DNA from: Nitrospirota bacterium
GTDB taxonomy: Bacteria > Nitrospirota > UBA9217
Assembly: GCA_963796285.1 (NCBI GenBank)
Contig: CAWCKW010000001.1
Coordinates: forward strand, 32,001-96,000
Length of the DNA stretch: 64,000 nt
Reading direction: 5' to 3'
Below the pieces are notes generated by a model. That model made no database searches. It was not told the origin of the DNA and saw only the letters and a program-made list of their open reading frames with translations. The position numbers and the translations under genes are program-made. Shown piece after piece: positions 41,426-51,664 of this stretch; position 1 is the stretch's first letter; each line of letters begins with the position of its first letter.

Positions 41426-42841
41426 ATGCGCGAACTCACCAGAGGTGAAGAATTCTACGATGGTACTGCCCTGCTCGGCGATCCGGTCCATGGGTACATC
41501 TCGTTCACCACGCCCCGCGCGACCGGCGAGAAGACCGAGAAGGACCTGATCGACACCCTCTGGATGCAGCGACTGCGCCAGATCTACCAGCTCCAGAGCG
41601 CCCGGTGGGTCTATCCATCGGCGGAGCACAGCAGGTTCCAGCATTCGCTCGGTGCTATGCATCTGGCGGGCCGGTTCGCCCGTCACCTTTACCCGTCTCT
41701 CAAGGCCGCTGCGCCGGATTGTCCTTCGGCAAACTTTATCGAAGAACTGCTTCGCGTGACCGCGCTCCTTCATGACGTAGGGCATGGCCCCTTCGGCCAT
41801 TTTTTCGACGATAACTATCTCGAACAGTTCGACTTGACCCATGAAAAACTGGGGCAGCACATTATCAAGACCGAGCTGGCGGAGATCATCAGAGACATCC
41901 GGAGAAGTCCGAACGGTGAATTCGCAAAGAAGGAGAAGCTGGACCCCGAGCAGATCGCGTTCCTGATCGGCAAGGGAGTTCAACCGGCATCGACGTCAAA
42001 AAAACAGCAGTGGCTCGTATTCCTTCAGCCCCTTCTCTCGGGTATTTACACCGTCGACAACCTCGACTATGTCATGCGCGACGCCTACATGTGCGGGGTG
42101 GCCATCGGAGCGGTGGACATCGACCGGCTGATGTATTACACGTTCTTCACGGACAAGGGCCTCACACTCCACAAGTCCGGACTTACCGCATTGAACATGT
42201 TTCTGAATGCCCGGTTGTATATGTACACGAACGTCTACTACCATCGCACCACGCGGGCGATCGACGAGCACCTCAAGGAGCTTTTCAAGGACACCATGGG
42301 GGTGTTGTTTCCATTCAATCCGGTTGAGAACCTCAAGGCATACCTGGAACTGACCGACTGGTCCCTGCTCGAGGCCGTGCGGAAATGGGACGGCAACGGG
42401 GAAGGGTCCACAGCCGCGCTCGGACGGGAATGGGCGGCCATCCTGTCGCGTGAAGTAAAATGGAAAATGGCCTATGACGTTACGCTTTCGATGAAAACCT
42501 TCGAAAAAGGGAAGACCATCATCGACGCCAGGGAACTGGTGAGCCGCATCAAGAGGCACCTCTCGCCGAAGCTTAAAGACCTGCAGTTCAGGGTGGATAT
42601 GGCGAGCCAGGACCCGAGGCCGGTCAACCCGCTTATGATGGGCGAGCGGCAGATCCACGTGTTCAATCCCTCGACGCGTAAAGTGGAGAAAGAGCCGCTC
42701 AAGGATTTCTTTGACTATATCCCTGCCCGCGTTGTACAGTGCCGGGTCTTTACCCTGAACCACGACCACGATGAAGAGCTTGCCGAGATCGTTGAGAAGG
42801 TCCTCGGCATCCAGGAAGAGAGCATCAAAACCAACGTCTGA
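41426..42841 (+). CDS. HD-domain phosphohydrolase (dNTP triphosphohydrolase-like)
   Basis: DPVHGYI, QRLRQIYQL, HSRFQHSLG, LLHDVGHGPF, DNLDYVMRD, VYYH. Confidence 0.92.
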   Translation: MRELTRGEEFYDGTALLGDPVHGYISFTTPRATGEKTEKDLIDTLWMQRLRQIYQLQSARWVYPSAEHSRFQHSLGAMHLAGRFARHLYPSLKAAAPDCPSANFIEELLRVTALLHDVGHGPFGHFFDDNYLEQFDLTHEKLGQHIIKTELAEIIRDIRRSPNGEFAKKEKLDPEQIAFLIGKGVQPASTSKKQQWLVFLQPLLSGIYTVDNLDYVMRDAYMCGVAIGAVDIDRLMYYTFFTDKGLTLHKSGLTALNMFLNARLYMYTNVYYHRTTRAIDEHLKELFKDTMGVLFPFNPVENLKAYLELTDWSLLEAVRKWDGNGEGSTAALGREWAAILSREVKWKMAYDVTLSMKTFEKGKTIIDARELVSRIKRHLSPKLKDLQFRVDMASQDPRPVNPLMMGERQIHVFNPSTRKVEKEPLKDFFDYIPARVVQCRVFTLNHDHDEELAEIVEKVLGIQEESIKTNV

Positions 42842-43084
42842 TCCATCCTCGATCGTGCATACGAAGTATCCTGTTTATAGCAGGATGCTGTGTATTCACC
42901 GCCATGATCAAGAGGCGGCGGTGAGAAGAGATATTATGCAAATGCTGCTGGCATGAGGCAAGGATGTCTGACAGACAAATGGGTGAGGTTGCCCGTTAAA
43001 AGAGGACCATATTCTTCCGGAAAAGGTAGCACGGTTAAACCTTCGGCTTAACTTCTCCCGGATCTTACTTATCAGGAGGGATGT

Positions 43085-43912
43085 ATGTTGGGAAATATAA
43101 GATTGTTGGTACTGGTTCTCGTGCTGGCGGTCACGGTTGTTGGTTGCAGCGGCGGGAATTCGAGCACCTATACGATATCGGGAACCGTTAGCTCATCAGG
43201 CGCAGGGTTACAAGGCGTTATCGTCATTGTAGCCTTAAGCGAGGTCAGTTCGGCAACGGCCACGACTGATGCTAGTGGAAATTACGCCATCCAGAACCTT
43301 GCGAAAGGTAGCTACACTATTACGCCAACGAGAACAGGCTATACGTTCAGTCCATCCGCGTTGACCGCAGTGGTAAACGATGCAAATGTGGGCGGTCAGG
43401 ATTTTATTGTCACAGCGAATTCTTCCCTCAACTGTACCGCCGGCAACGGCAGCGGCACGAATGGAATACAGTTTTATAATTACGGCATTATAGTTGCCCA
43501 GGATAGCTCATCTACTGCGAACGCAGCAGCAACCTCTGCGTTGACGTGGCAGGTTAAGTATCAAAACATTTATAATTTATCAGCCGATGCTTATTGCGGC
43601 TCGCTTCGTGCGCGTCTGTGGGCAGTACCTTATTCTGTCTCCAGCGGTGTGTTTGATAATGCTTATATTATCGGGAGCTTTTATCCGAGGTTCACAGGAA
43701 CCGGGGCGGCCAGCTCAGATCAATTATACGTTGGTTCCACGAGCGCAATCCAGGTTACCAGTTCGACGGCACAACAAAATCCGCCTGCTGGGGAATATTG
43801 CATAGTGGCCATACTTGAAGAGTACAACGACAACGGTGCTTATTGTTCCAGTCCGGATCACTATTGCGTGAGTGACTGGTGGCAGTCCGGGAACTCGTGG
43901 AGATTCTACTAA
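43085..43912 (+). CDS. Lipoprotein with carboxypeptidase-regulatory-like domain and Cys-containing C-terminal domain
   Basis: AGGAGG RBS; lipobox VVGC; TTDASGNY...YTITPTRTGYTFSP. Confidence 0.75.
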   Translation: MLGNIRLLVLVLVLAVTVVGCSGGNSSTYTISGTVSSSGAGLQGVIVIVALSEVSSATATTDASGNYAIQNLAKGSYTITPTRTGYTFSPSALTAVVNDANVGGQDFIVTANSSLNCTAGNGSGTNGIQFYNYGIIVAQDSSSTANAAATSALTWQVKYQNIYNLSADAYCGSLRARLWAVPYSVSSGVFDNAYIIGSFYPRFTGTGAASSDQLYVGSTSAIQVTSSTAQQNPPAGEYCIVAILEEYNDNGAYCSSPDHYCVSDWWQSGNSWRFY

Positions 43913-44114
43913 ACAAATTCTACCATCTGCGCTGACGCTTGATGAACGCTGCGGGCGTTTGCAGCTTATTGCATCTCAGTGCAGGTACAAAGGGTATAGG
44001 GAACCATAGCTCACGCACTCATAATCGCCGGGTGCATGCAGAGGACTCAGAGGGCAGTGTTGTCTCCTTTCGGCTGGTCGGTGTCTTTCGGGATGAATCA
44101 TTATTTCGTCCGAA

Positions 44115-44605
44115 TTATTTCCCCGCAAGTTTATGTTTTTGTCTTGATTGGTATATGATAATCGAGAGATATCCAACGACTCCAACATTCACGATCAAAA
44201 GAACGGCTTTTGGCCATGTTACCCCGCGGGCAATCTCGAATAGTTCGAGAGGAATGTAGATGCTGCCCATAAGAAGACCGAACCATTCGGCCCATTGCCG
44301 CTCATGCCAGAGGCCATATGCTTCGACGAAGCGAACCACAGCGTAGAGCAGGGCAGAGAGCGCCATGAGCCACAGTTGCCCGTTAGTCACGTGATCGGCC
44401 AGATCGAGAAATATCGGGGATAATGGCTGGCGGGATTCAAGTGGAAGTGCCGGACCAGCCGCTCGGCAGCCAAGTGAATGTCCTTATGAATGTACGCCAA
44501 CAACCCGCACCCGGTCAGCAAGACAAGCAGTCCTTTAGCCGCTTCAAAGACGGATACGACACGGAGACCCTCTTTTACCTGTCCACGTTTATTGCCCATT
44601 CCCAT
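44115..44605 (-). CDS. DUF2127 membrane protein (apparent frameshift near 44410)
   Basis: VFEAAKGLLVLL, HLNPASHYP, RFVEAYGLW...WAEW...IYIPLELFE. Confidence 0.8.
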
Positions 44606-44796
44606 CACACACACCGCCCGTTTTAAAACACAAGTCAAATAATAGTATCTTTGATCTCCTCATGAAGAGTGTAACGTCATTGCCGGATAGTGCAGATTTG
44701 GGAGAAATACAACCAGACATCCCGAAGACATAAATTTATCGGAGAGTCAGGTATGAATGCTTCATTAATCATCATCCCCTCCATCTTGTAATCATT

Positions 44797-46224
44797 TCAA
44801 AAATGCATTGCATTCTGTATGATCGCGATCATCGGCCCCGGATACACCCCGAGCCAGATGAGCAGGATGACGAGCGCTGCGAGGACCATGCTGCCGGAAG
44901 GCGAAAGCACGGCTATAGTCTTGTCTTCTTGCTCCGAGTGAGAGAACATTGCGACGATGATCCGGAGATAGTAAAAGAGCCCGATAACGCTGTTCCCAAT
45001 CATCACAATAACAACCAGCCAGAGGGCGGATCCCACGCCTGCCGCGATGACGTAAAATTTCCCCACGAATCCGGCTGTCAGGGGAATGCCTGCGAGCGAG
45101 AACAGCATGAAGGTAAAGACACCCGCAAGCCATGGTCTTCTCCAGGCAAGGCCCTGATAATCGTCCATGCGATCGGCATCGCGGTCTTGTTCAGAGATCA
45201 CGGTGACCACACCAAATGCGCCGAGGGTGGTGATGAAATACGCCGTCAGATAAAAGGCGGCTGCGGTCATTGCCAGGGGGCCGCTTGCCAGAACGGTCAC
45301 GAGCAGATATCCCAGATGAGAGATCGACGAGTACGCGAGGATGCGCTTCACGTTTGTCTGGAACAGGGCGAGGAGATTGCCGGCGAACATCGACGCGATG
45401 GCGATGATGGTGAATATCGCGAATAGCGGCGTGTGGGAATGGATATCGATCAGGGTGAAGTAACGAAGCACGAGTGCGAACACCGCGCCTTTGGACACCG
45501 TGGCTATGAAGGCCGTCACGGGAGCCGGCGCTCCTTCGTACACATCGGGCGTCCACATGTGGAAGGGAACCACGGCGAGCTTGAACCCAAGTCCGACGAG
45601 GATCATCACGATACCGGCAAGGAACATCAGACGATGAGCTCCCGGACCTGCTGCGAAAGCAGCGATACCGCTGAACGCCATGCTGCCGCTTTCGGCATAC
45701 ACCAGCGCCATGCCGAAGAGGATGAATGCAGATGAGACCGCGGCCAGGATGAGGTACTTGATGCCGGCCTCGACACCACGGTCGCTGTGCCGGAGATAGG
45801 CTGCGAGGGCATAGAGCGAGACGCTTAAGAGTTCAATGCCGAGGAAGAACGAGGCAAAGTGAGCTGCTGCAGCGAGCACGGAGCAGCCGAGCGTGGCGAT
45901 GATCAGCAGCAGATAGAATTCCTCTCTATGTCCTTGTTGCATCTCAAGATAGGAATAAGAAAGGCCGGCCACGGCAAAGCTTGCTGCCACGATAAGACCG
46001 ATATAAAAAAGGGCGGAGTGGTCGACCACGAGAAGAGGAGTGACCAAGCGCGGGAGCGTGCAGGAAACGAGGGGAAGGCTTGCTGCCGACAGGAAAAGTC
46101 CCGAGAGTGTCAGGATGACAGTGAGCTTGTGGCTGCGGTTAAATGCGATGGTCAGCATGACCACAACTGCGGTGGCTGCAAGGATGATGAAGGGTGAAAG
46201 AGTCTGCAGGTAAGCGATGCTCAT
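44797..46224 (-). CDS. nuoN: NADH-quinone oxidoreductase subunit N
   Basis: EAGIKYLIL, FKLAVVPFHMWTPDVYEGAP, KRILAYSSISH, AGIPLTAGFVGKF. Confidence 0.96.
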   Translation of the reverse strand: MSIAYLQTLSPFIILAATAVVVMLTIAFNRSHKLTVILTLSGLFLSAASLPLVSCTLPRLVTPLLVVDHSALFYIGLIVAASFAVAGLSYSYLEMQQGHREEFYLLLIIATLGCSVLAAAAHFASFFLGIELLSVSLYALAAYLRHSDRGVEAGIKYLILAAVSSAFILFGMALVYAESGSMAFSGIAAFAAGPGAHRLMFLAGIVMILVGLGFKLAVVPFHMWTPDVYEGAPAPVTAFIATVSKGAVFALVLRYFTLIDIHSHTPLFAIFTIIAIASMFAGNLLALFQTNVKRILAYSSISHLGYLLVTVLASGPLAMTAAAFYLTAYFITTLGAFGVVTVISEQDRDADRMDDYQGLAWRRPWLAGVFTFMLFSLAGIPLTAGFVGKFYVIAAGVGSALWLVVIVMIGNSVIGLFYYLRIIVAMFSHSEQEDKTIAVLSPSGSMVLAALVILLIWLGVYPGPMIAIIQNAMHF

Positions 46225-47862
46225 TTTCCGCCTCCCTGATTGGAGGCAGGAAACGTCAAAATATTCACCACAGAGTTCACAGAGGTTTTTGAATATCTAA
46301 TAGATTTTATCTCGGCGTTCTCTGTAGTTATTTTATGAAGATTCATTGCGTTGTTATGATCTGGAATCTGAATCTCTCCGTGTTCTCTGTGGTTAACGAA
46401 TTGAATGGCATTTAGGAGCGGTTCGACTGTTTTCAGAACAGGCCGCGGGTAAAGGCCAAGCCAGAGTATCACGAGGACCATTACCGCCATCGAGCCTGTT
46501 TCGCGTGAAGAAAGGTCAATAAGCTTCAGACCATCTTGCCTCTTGCCATGGAACACGCGCTGGACGATCCAGAGCGAGTAGATCGCGGCCAGAACAAGCC
46601 CGCTGGCGGCGAACATGGTGATCACGGGGTGGGTCCGGTATGAACCGATCAGCACCATGAACTCGGCAACGAAATTGCCGAAACCCGGCAGGCCGAGTGA
46701 GGCAAGGGCAAAGACAAGACCGAAGCCGCCGAGTCGCGGCGCCGCTGACCAGAACCCGCCCATGCCTCCCAGCTCGCGGGTATGGACGCGCTCCTGGATC
46801 ATCCCGACGATGATGAACAGCGCGCCCGTGCTGATGCCGTGGGCCACCATCTGCATGGTCGCGCCTGAGAGGGCGATCTGATTCCCGGCGAAGATGCCGA
46901 TGAGCACAAAGCCCATGTGGCTCACGCTGGTATACGCCACGAGACGCTTCAAATCGGTTTGGCCAAACGCGAGCAGAGCGCCGTAGATGATACCGATGAC
47001 GCCCAGCACCAGCATTATCGGTCCAATGGTCGCAACAGCATCGGGGAAGAGCGGCAGCACGAAGCGCAGAAGTCCATAGGCCCCGGTCTTGAGCAGGAGC
47101 CCGGCAAGGACAACGCTTCCTGCTGTCGGTGCCTCGGTGTGGGCATCAGGCAGCCAGGGATGGAACGGGACGACCGGCAGCTTTACAATGAAACGCAATG
47201 ACAAACCCGAGCATGATCCAGAACGCTGCCTGGGAAGACAAGGCGATATGGCGCAGCAGCGAGTAATCGAAGGTATAAACGCCCGTGTCCTGGCCATGTA
47301 TGAAATAGAGTGCAAGGATCGAAAGGAGCATCAGCAGGCCGCCTGCCTGGGTGAAGATGAAGAACTTGAGCGATGCATAGACGCGGTTCTCGTGCCCCCA
47401 GATGTTGATCAGGAAGTACATCGGGATGAGCATCAACTCCCAGAAGAAGTAGAACAGGAACAGGTCCACGGCCAGAAACACGCCGAGGATCCCCGCGAGG
47501 ATCCAGAGCAGGTTCATGTGGAAGAACCCAACGCGCTCTCGGATCTCGGTCCAGGAGCAGATGACGGAGATGATACCGAGAAACAGGGTAAGCGCCACGA
47601 GTACGAGGCTCAGGCCGTCCATTGCGAGGTGCAGGCTGATGCCGAGCTGAGGGATCCACGGTTTGTTTATTTCGGTCAGCCAGGCGCTTTGAGTGAGATC
47701 GAGTCGGATGGCGGCGCTCGACCAGAATGATAACAGCAGGACGGCGTCGAGTGCGAGCGCGGCGAGGGACAGCCACCGGGACAGGGTGTTGTTCCTGTTC
47801 CCGAAGAACCATGCCAGCAGTCCGCCGATCAGCGGTATGATGATGAGCCAGATTAGGATCAT
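46221..47862 (-). CDS. nuoM: NADH-quinone oxidoreductase subunit M (apparent frameshift near 47185; repeat-derived C-terminal tail)
   Basis: FFWELMLIPMYF, VKLPVVPFHPWLPDAHTEAP, KRLVAYTSVSHMG. Confidence 0.93.
46267..46393. repeat. Inverted ACCACAGAG-type repeat doublet inside the nuoM 3' end
   Basis: ACCACAGAGTTCACAGAG (46267-46284) opposes CTCCGTGTTCTCTGTGGT (46376-46393), 15/18; third copy at 46311-46328. Confidence 0.6.
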
Positions 47863-48254
47863 GTAGTAGCCCCTCCCTTGATGGGAGGGGTTGGGGAGGG
47901 TGATTTCTGAGAGCAGGTTCTTAGAATCATTTCCAAAACCCCTTCGATTTTTGTAAGTACTTCATGATTCCAGAATCTTAAAACAGAGAACCCTTGTGAC
48001 ATTAGCCAGATATCCCGATGTGAATCAACTGCTTCAGAATGCTGACCACCATCAACTTCAACGACTACAGCTTTTTCATAACATACAAAATCCACAATGT
48101 AGTTGCCGATTGGTTCTTGTCTCCTGAACTTCAATCCTTCAACTTGCTTAAAACGCAGGTGCTTCCATAAGAATCTTTCTGCGTCAGTAGCGTTTTTCCG
48201 TAGGTTTTTGGCCTTCTTGGTTAGATCAAGCGTCAAAATGCCTTCCCTCCCCAA
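47859..48254 (-). CDS. DUF559 (Vsr-like) endonuclease between nuoL and nuoM
   Basis: LRKNATDAERFLW, KFRRQEPIGNYIVDF, VEVDGGQH, VLRFWN; true start may be TTG 48236. Confidence 0.92.
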   Translation of the reverse strand: MGREGILTLDLTKKAKNLRKNATDAERFLWKHLRFKQVEGLKFRRQEPIGNYIVDFVCYEKAVVVEVDGGQHSEAVDSHRDIWLMSQGFSVLRFWNHEVLTKIEGVLEMILRTCSQKSPSPTPPIKGGATT

Positions 48255-48279
48255 CCCCTCCCACTAGGGGAGGGGCTAC
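47866..48279. mobile_element. Inverted-repeat-bounded DUF559 cassette 1
   Basis: 35-bp IRs at 47866-47900 and 48245-48279 match except in the hairpin loop; both start with GTAG on their own strand. Confidence 0.7.
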
Positions 48280-48283
48280 AGCT

Positions 48284-50175
48284 CTATTGAAGAAGCATCA
48301 CGATCCCCAAAAACACTACCGCGCCTACGACCATCGCCATCGCGTACCACCTGATGTTGCCGGTCTGGGTCTTACTCAGTGTTGTGCTCAGCACACGATT
48401 CAATGACGCGATGCCGGCATACCCGGAATCGATGAGATCATGCCTGCTGATGCGCGTGAGCCACATAAATGGCCGTATAAAAAGACGGTCATACATCGCG
48501 TCGAAGTCCCATCCAGCGAGCCAGAATTTTCTGATCGACTCGAACGTGCGTACACGGGCGATCCGATCAGCGTATTGAGGACCATCGGACAAAGAACAGG
48601 TAGGCGATGAAGATGCCTGAAAGGGAAACGATCGACGCGATGATCTGGAGCATGCCTTCACCGACGACGGGTTCAATGGCCTTTTCGCTGAACACCGTCC
48701 GCAGGAAGTTCGAGAACAGGGGCTGGTTCCCGAGCGTCTCCGGCAGCTCCACAAACCCTCCGATGATCGAGAGTACGGCAAGGATGATGAGCGGTGCGAG
48801 CATCTTTGCCCCCGGCTTATGGCTTACCGGTGTTTTTAATTCTCCAAAGAAGGTGAGGAAAACCATGCGGAAGGTGTAGATCGACGTAATGAACGCACCG
48901 AAGAGTCCGGCAGCCCACAAGGCCATGCTACCTGAACCGGATGACCAGGCTTTCCACAGGATCAGGTCCTTGCTGTAGAATCCCGCTGTCACGAGCGGAA
49001 GGGCGGACAAGGAAGCTGAACCGATCAGAAATGTCCAGAATACGGCCGGAAGTTTGTTCTTCAAACCTCCCATCTTGAACATGTCCTGCTCGTGGTGCTG
49101 GGCAAGGATCACTGCGCCAGCGCCGAGGAACAGGAGCGCCTTGAAGAACGCGTGTGTCATGAGGTGGAAGATGGCTGCGGACCAGGCGCCCACGCCAAGG
49201 GCCAGGAACATGTATCCGAGCTGGCTGATGGTGGAGTAGGCGAGGACGCGCTTGATGTCTTTTTGCGCCATCGCGCTGAGGCCCGCGACCAGAAGCGTGG
49301 CTGCTCCGAGGACAGCGATCACCGATTGCACAACAGGCGCGAGCTCGAACAGGACATGGGTCCGTGCAATAAGGTACACGCCGGCGGTGACCATGGTTGC
49401 TGCGTGGATCAGGGCACTGACAGGCGTGGGACCTGCCATGGCGTCGGGCAGCCATACCTGGAAGGGTAGCTGGGCTGATTTTCCGAGAGCCCCGCCAAGC
49501 AGAAGGGCGGCGGCAAGAACCGCGGTTTCAGAACCAACAGACCATTGTTTCGGGGCGAGGGTCATCAGCTCCTGAATATTCAGGGTGCCGAGGTTCGTGA
49601 ACAGGAGGAAAAGACCCAATGCCATGGCAGTGTCGCCGACGCGTGTCACGATGAAGGCCTTTCTCGCGGCACGGCCGTTTGTTGGGTCCGAATACCAGAA
49701 GCCGATCAGGAGATAGCTGCAAAGCCCGACACCTTCCCACCCGAGGTACAGGAGCAGCAGGTTGTCGGCGAGCACGAGGAGAAGCATCGAGCCCACGAAG
49801 AGGTTCATATACGCGAAGAAGCGGCTATAGCCCTCGTCTTCGATCATGTATTCCGTAGAATAAAGGTGGATAACCAATCCCACAATGGTGACGATCAGTA
49901 TCATGACCAGCGAAAGGGCATCGAGAGAGAAGGAGATCGGTTGCGAATATCCCTCGAACTCCATCCACGTCCAGAGCGTCTGGGTGATGGCGTGACCCTG
50001 CGGTGGATTGCCGATGAACTCGAATCGCCATGAGAACGGCAAGGAGCGCGGACATTCCCACCGAGCCTGCGCCTACGAAGGCGATAGTCGTCCTCGAAAG
50101 ACGGCGGCCTATCAGCGCCAGGACAAGGAATCCGGCAAAAGGCAGAGCGGGTATGAGGAAGAGAAATTCGTTCAT
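48284..50175 (-). CDS. nuoL: NADH-quinone oxidoreductase subunit L (apparent frameshifts near 50025 and 48585)
   Basis: GWEGVGLCSYLLIGFW, GKSAQLP, WLPDAMAGPTPVSALIHAATMV, THAFFKALLF. Confidence 0.93.
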
Positions 50176-50184
50176 AGTCAGGTT

Positions 50185-50271
50185 GTAGCCTCCCCCTTTA
50201 ATGGGGGAGGTTGGTGGGGGTAAGTTCCGACTTTTCACCCTCCCCTCAGTCCCCTCCCATCAAGGGAGGGG
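50185..50271. repeat. Gene-less REP doublet of the DUF559-flank family between nuoK and nuoL
   Basis: GTAG-CCTCCCCC-TTTAAT-GGGGGAGG-TTGGTGGGGG opposed to CCCTCCCCTCAGT-CCCCTCCC-ATCAA-GGGAGGGG. Confidence 0.75.
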
Positions 50272-50277
50272 ATGCTT

Positions 50278-50589
50278 CTACCCTTTCATCCTGCTTACAA
50301 CATCGGTGTCCAGAGTCTTAAAATTATGGTATAGCTGGAGCACGAGCGCGAGCCCTACGGAAACTTCTGCTGCAGCCATGGTCAGAATGAAAATGAACAT
50401 GACTTGTCCATCCACCTGTCCCCATCGCGCGCCGGCGACCACGAAGGCCAGGCCCACCGCGTTCAGCATGATCTCGACGCTCATGAGCATGAACACGATG
50501 TTCCTGCGCACGAGTACCCCGATGAGCCCGAGCACGAAGAGTATCGCAGCGAGGATGAGGCCGTGTTCCATGGGGATGTTTTGAATCAT
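50278..50589 (-). CDS. nuoK: NADH-quinone oxidoreductase subunit K
   Basis: [25 protein letters not shown]. Confidence 0.96.
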   Translation of the reverse strand: MIQNIPMEHGLILAAILFVLGLIGVLVRRNIVFMLMSVEIMLNAVGLAFVVAGARWGQVDGQVMFIFILTMAAAEVSVGLALVLQLYHNFKTLDTDVVSRMKG

Positions 50590-50598
50590 GATGCTCCT

Positions 50599-51093
50599 TT
50601 AATGCTTGTGCGGCCTGCCGAGATGGTAGGCGCCGACCAGTCCTGCCAGAAGCAGCATGGACGCCAGTTCCACACCCAGTACGTACGGACCAAGCAATGC
50701 AATGCCTACCTGTTTGGGTGTGATTTCAGTAATAGCAGAGATTCTCGCGTGTTCCATGGTGAACAGATAGATCAATTCCGATGCAAGGAACAGGCAGAGA
50801 ATCGCCGGTCCTTTCCATATTCCCGGAGTAAGCAGCAGCGCTTCCTCTTTCGCGTGCGCTCCGCCGAGGTTCAGCATCATGATCACGAAGATGAAGAGCA
50901 CCATGATGGCCCCGGCATAGATGATGACCTCGAGGGCGGCGACAAAAGGAGCGCCGAGGATAAAGAAAATCATCGCCACGGCCAGAAGCGAAACGATAAG
51001 GTACAGGAGCGCGTGCACCGTGTTCGTCCTGGTGATGACCAGGAGGGTCGACAGGACCGCAACGAGAGCTGCAATATAAAATAATATTGTCAT
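50599..51093 (-). CDS. nuoJ: NADH-quinone oxidoreductase subunit J
   Basis: HALLYL, IIYAGAIMVLFIFVIMMLNL, VELASMLLLAGLVGA. Confidence 0.95.
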   Translation of the reverse strand: MTILFYIAALVAVLSTLLVITRTNTVHALLYLIVSLLAVAMIFFILGAPFVAALEVIIYAGAIMVLFIFVIMMLNLGGAHAKEEALLLTPGIWKGPAILCLFLASELIYLFTMEHARISAITEITPKQVGIALLGPYVLGVELASMLLLAGLVGAYHLGRPHKH

Positions 51094-51140
51094 AGTGAAG
51101 TCATTCTTTACGACCTTCGCGCTTGGCGAGAAACGATTGC

Positions 51141-51656
51141 TCAGGGCATCAGGCTTTTCGTGTCCACAGGCATATCTTCATTCTCCGCCTCACCTTTGTC
51201 CTTCCCCTTGATGGCCAACCCTGCGACCCGGTAGAAGTTATAATCAGGATACTTACCCGGTCCGCTGATGAGCAGGTCTTCCTTTTCATACACAAGGTTC
51301 TGCCGCACGTACTCACCCATCTCGAAATCCGTCGTGAGCTGGATCGCGTAGGTCGGGCATGCCTCCTCGCAGTATCCGCAGAAGATACAGCGCGAGAAAT
51401 TGATCCTGAAGAATTCGGGGTACCGTCTTCCGTACGCATCCTCGGTGGCCTGAAGCGCGATACAGCCTACCGGGCATGCGACCGCGCAGAGGTTGCATGC
51501 CACGCATCGTTCCTCACCATCGGGGTCGCGGGAGAGGATGATCCGTCCGCGCCACCGGGGAGGGATGGTGGGCCTCTCCTCGGGGTATTGGATCGTCGCC
51601 CGCTTCCGGAACATGGTCATGAAGACCGTGTAGATCGATTTAAGAATACTGAACAT
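51141..51656 (-). CDS. nuoI: NADH-quinone oxidoreductase subunit I
   Basis: [12 protein letters not shown] and [12 protein letters not shown]. Confidence 0.97.
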   Translation of the reverse strand: MFSILKSIYTVFMTMFRKRATIQYPEERPTIPPRWRGRIILSRDPDGEERCVACNLCAVACPVGCIALQATEDAYGRRYPEFFRINFSRCIFCGYCEEACPTYAIQLTTDFEMGEYVRQNLVYEKEDLLISGPGKYPDYNFYRVAGLAIKGKDKGEAENEDMPVDTKSLMP

Positions 51657-51664
51657 AAATCCTT

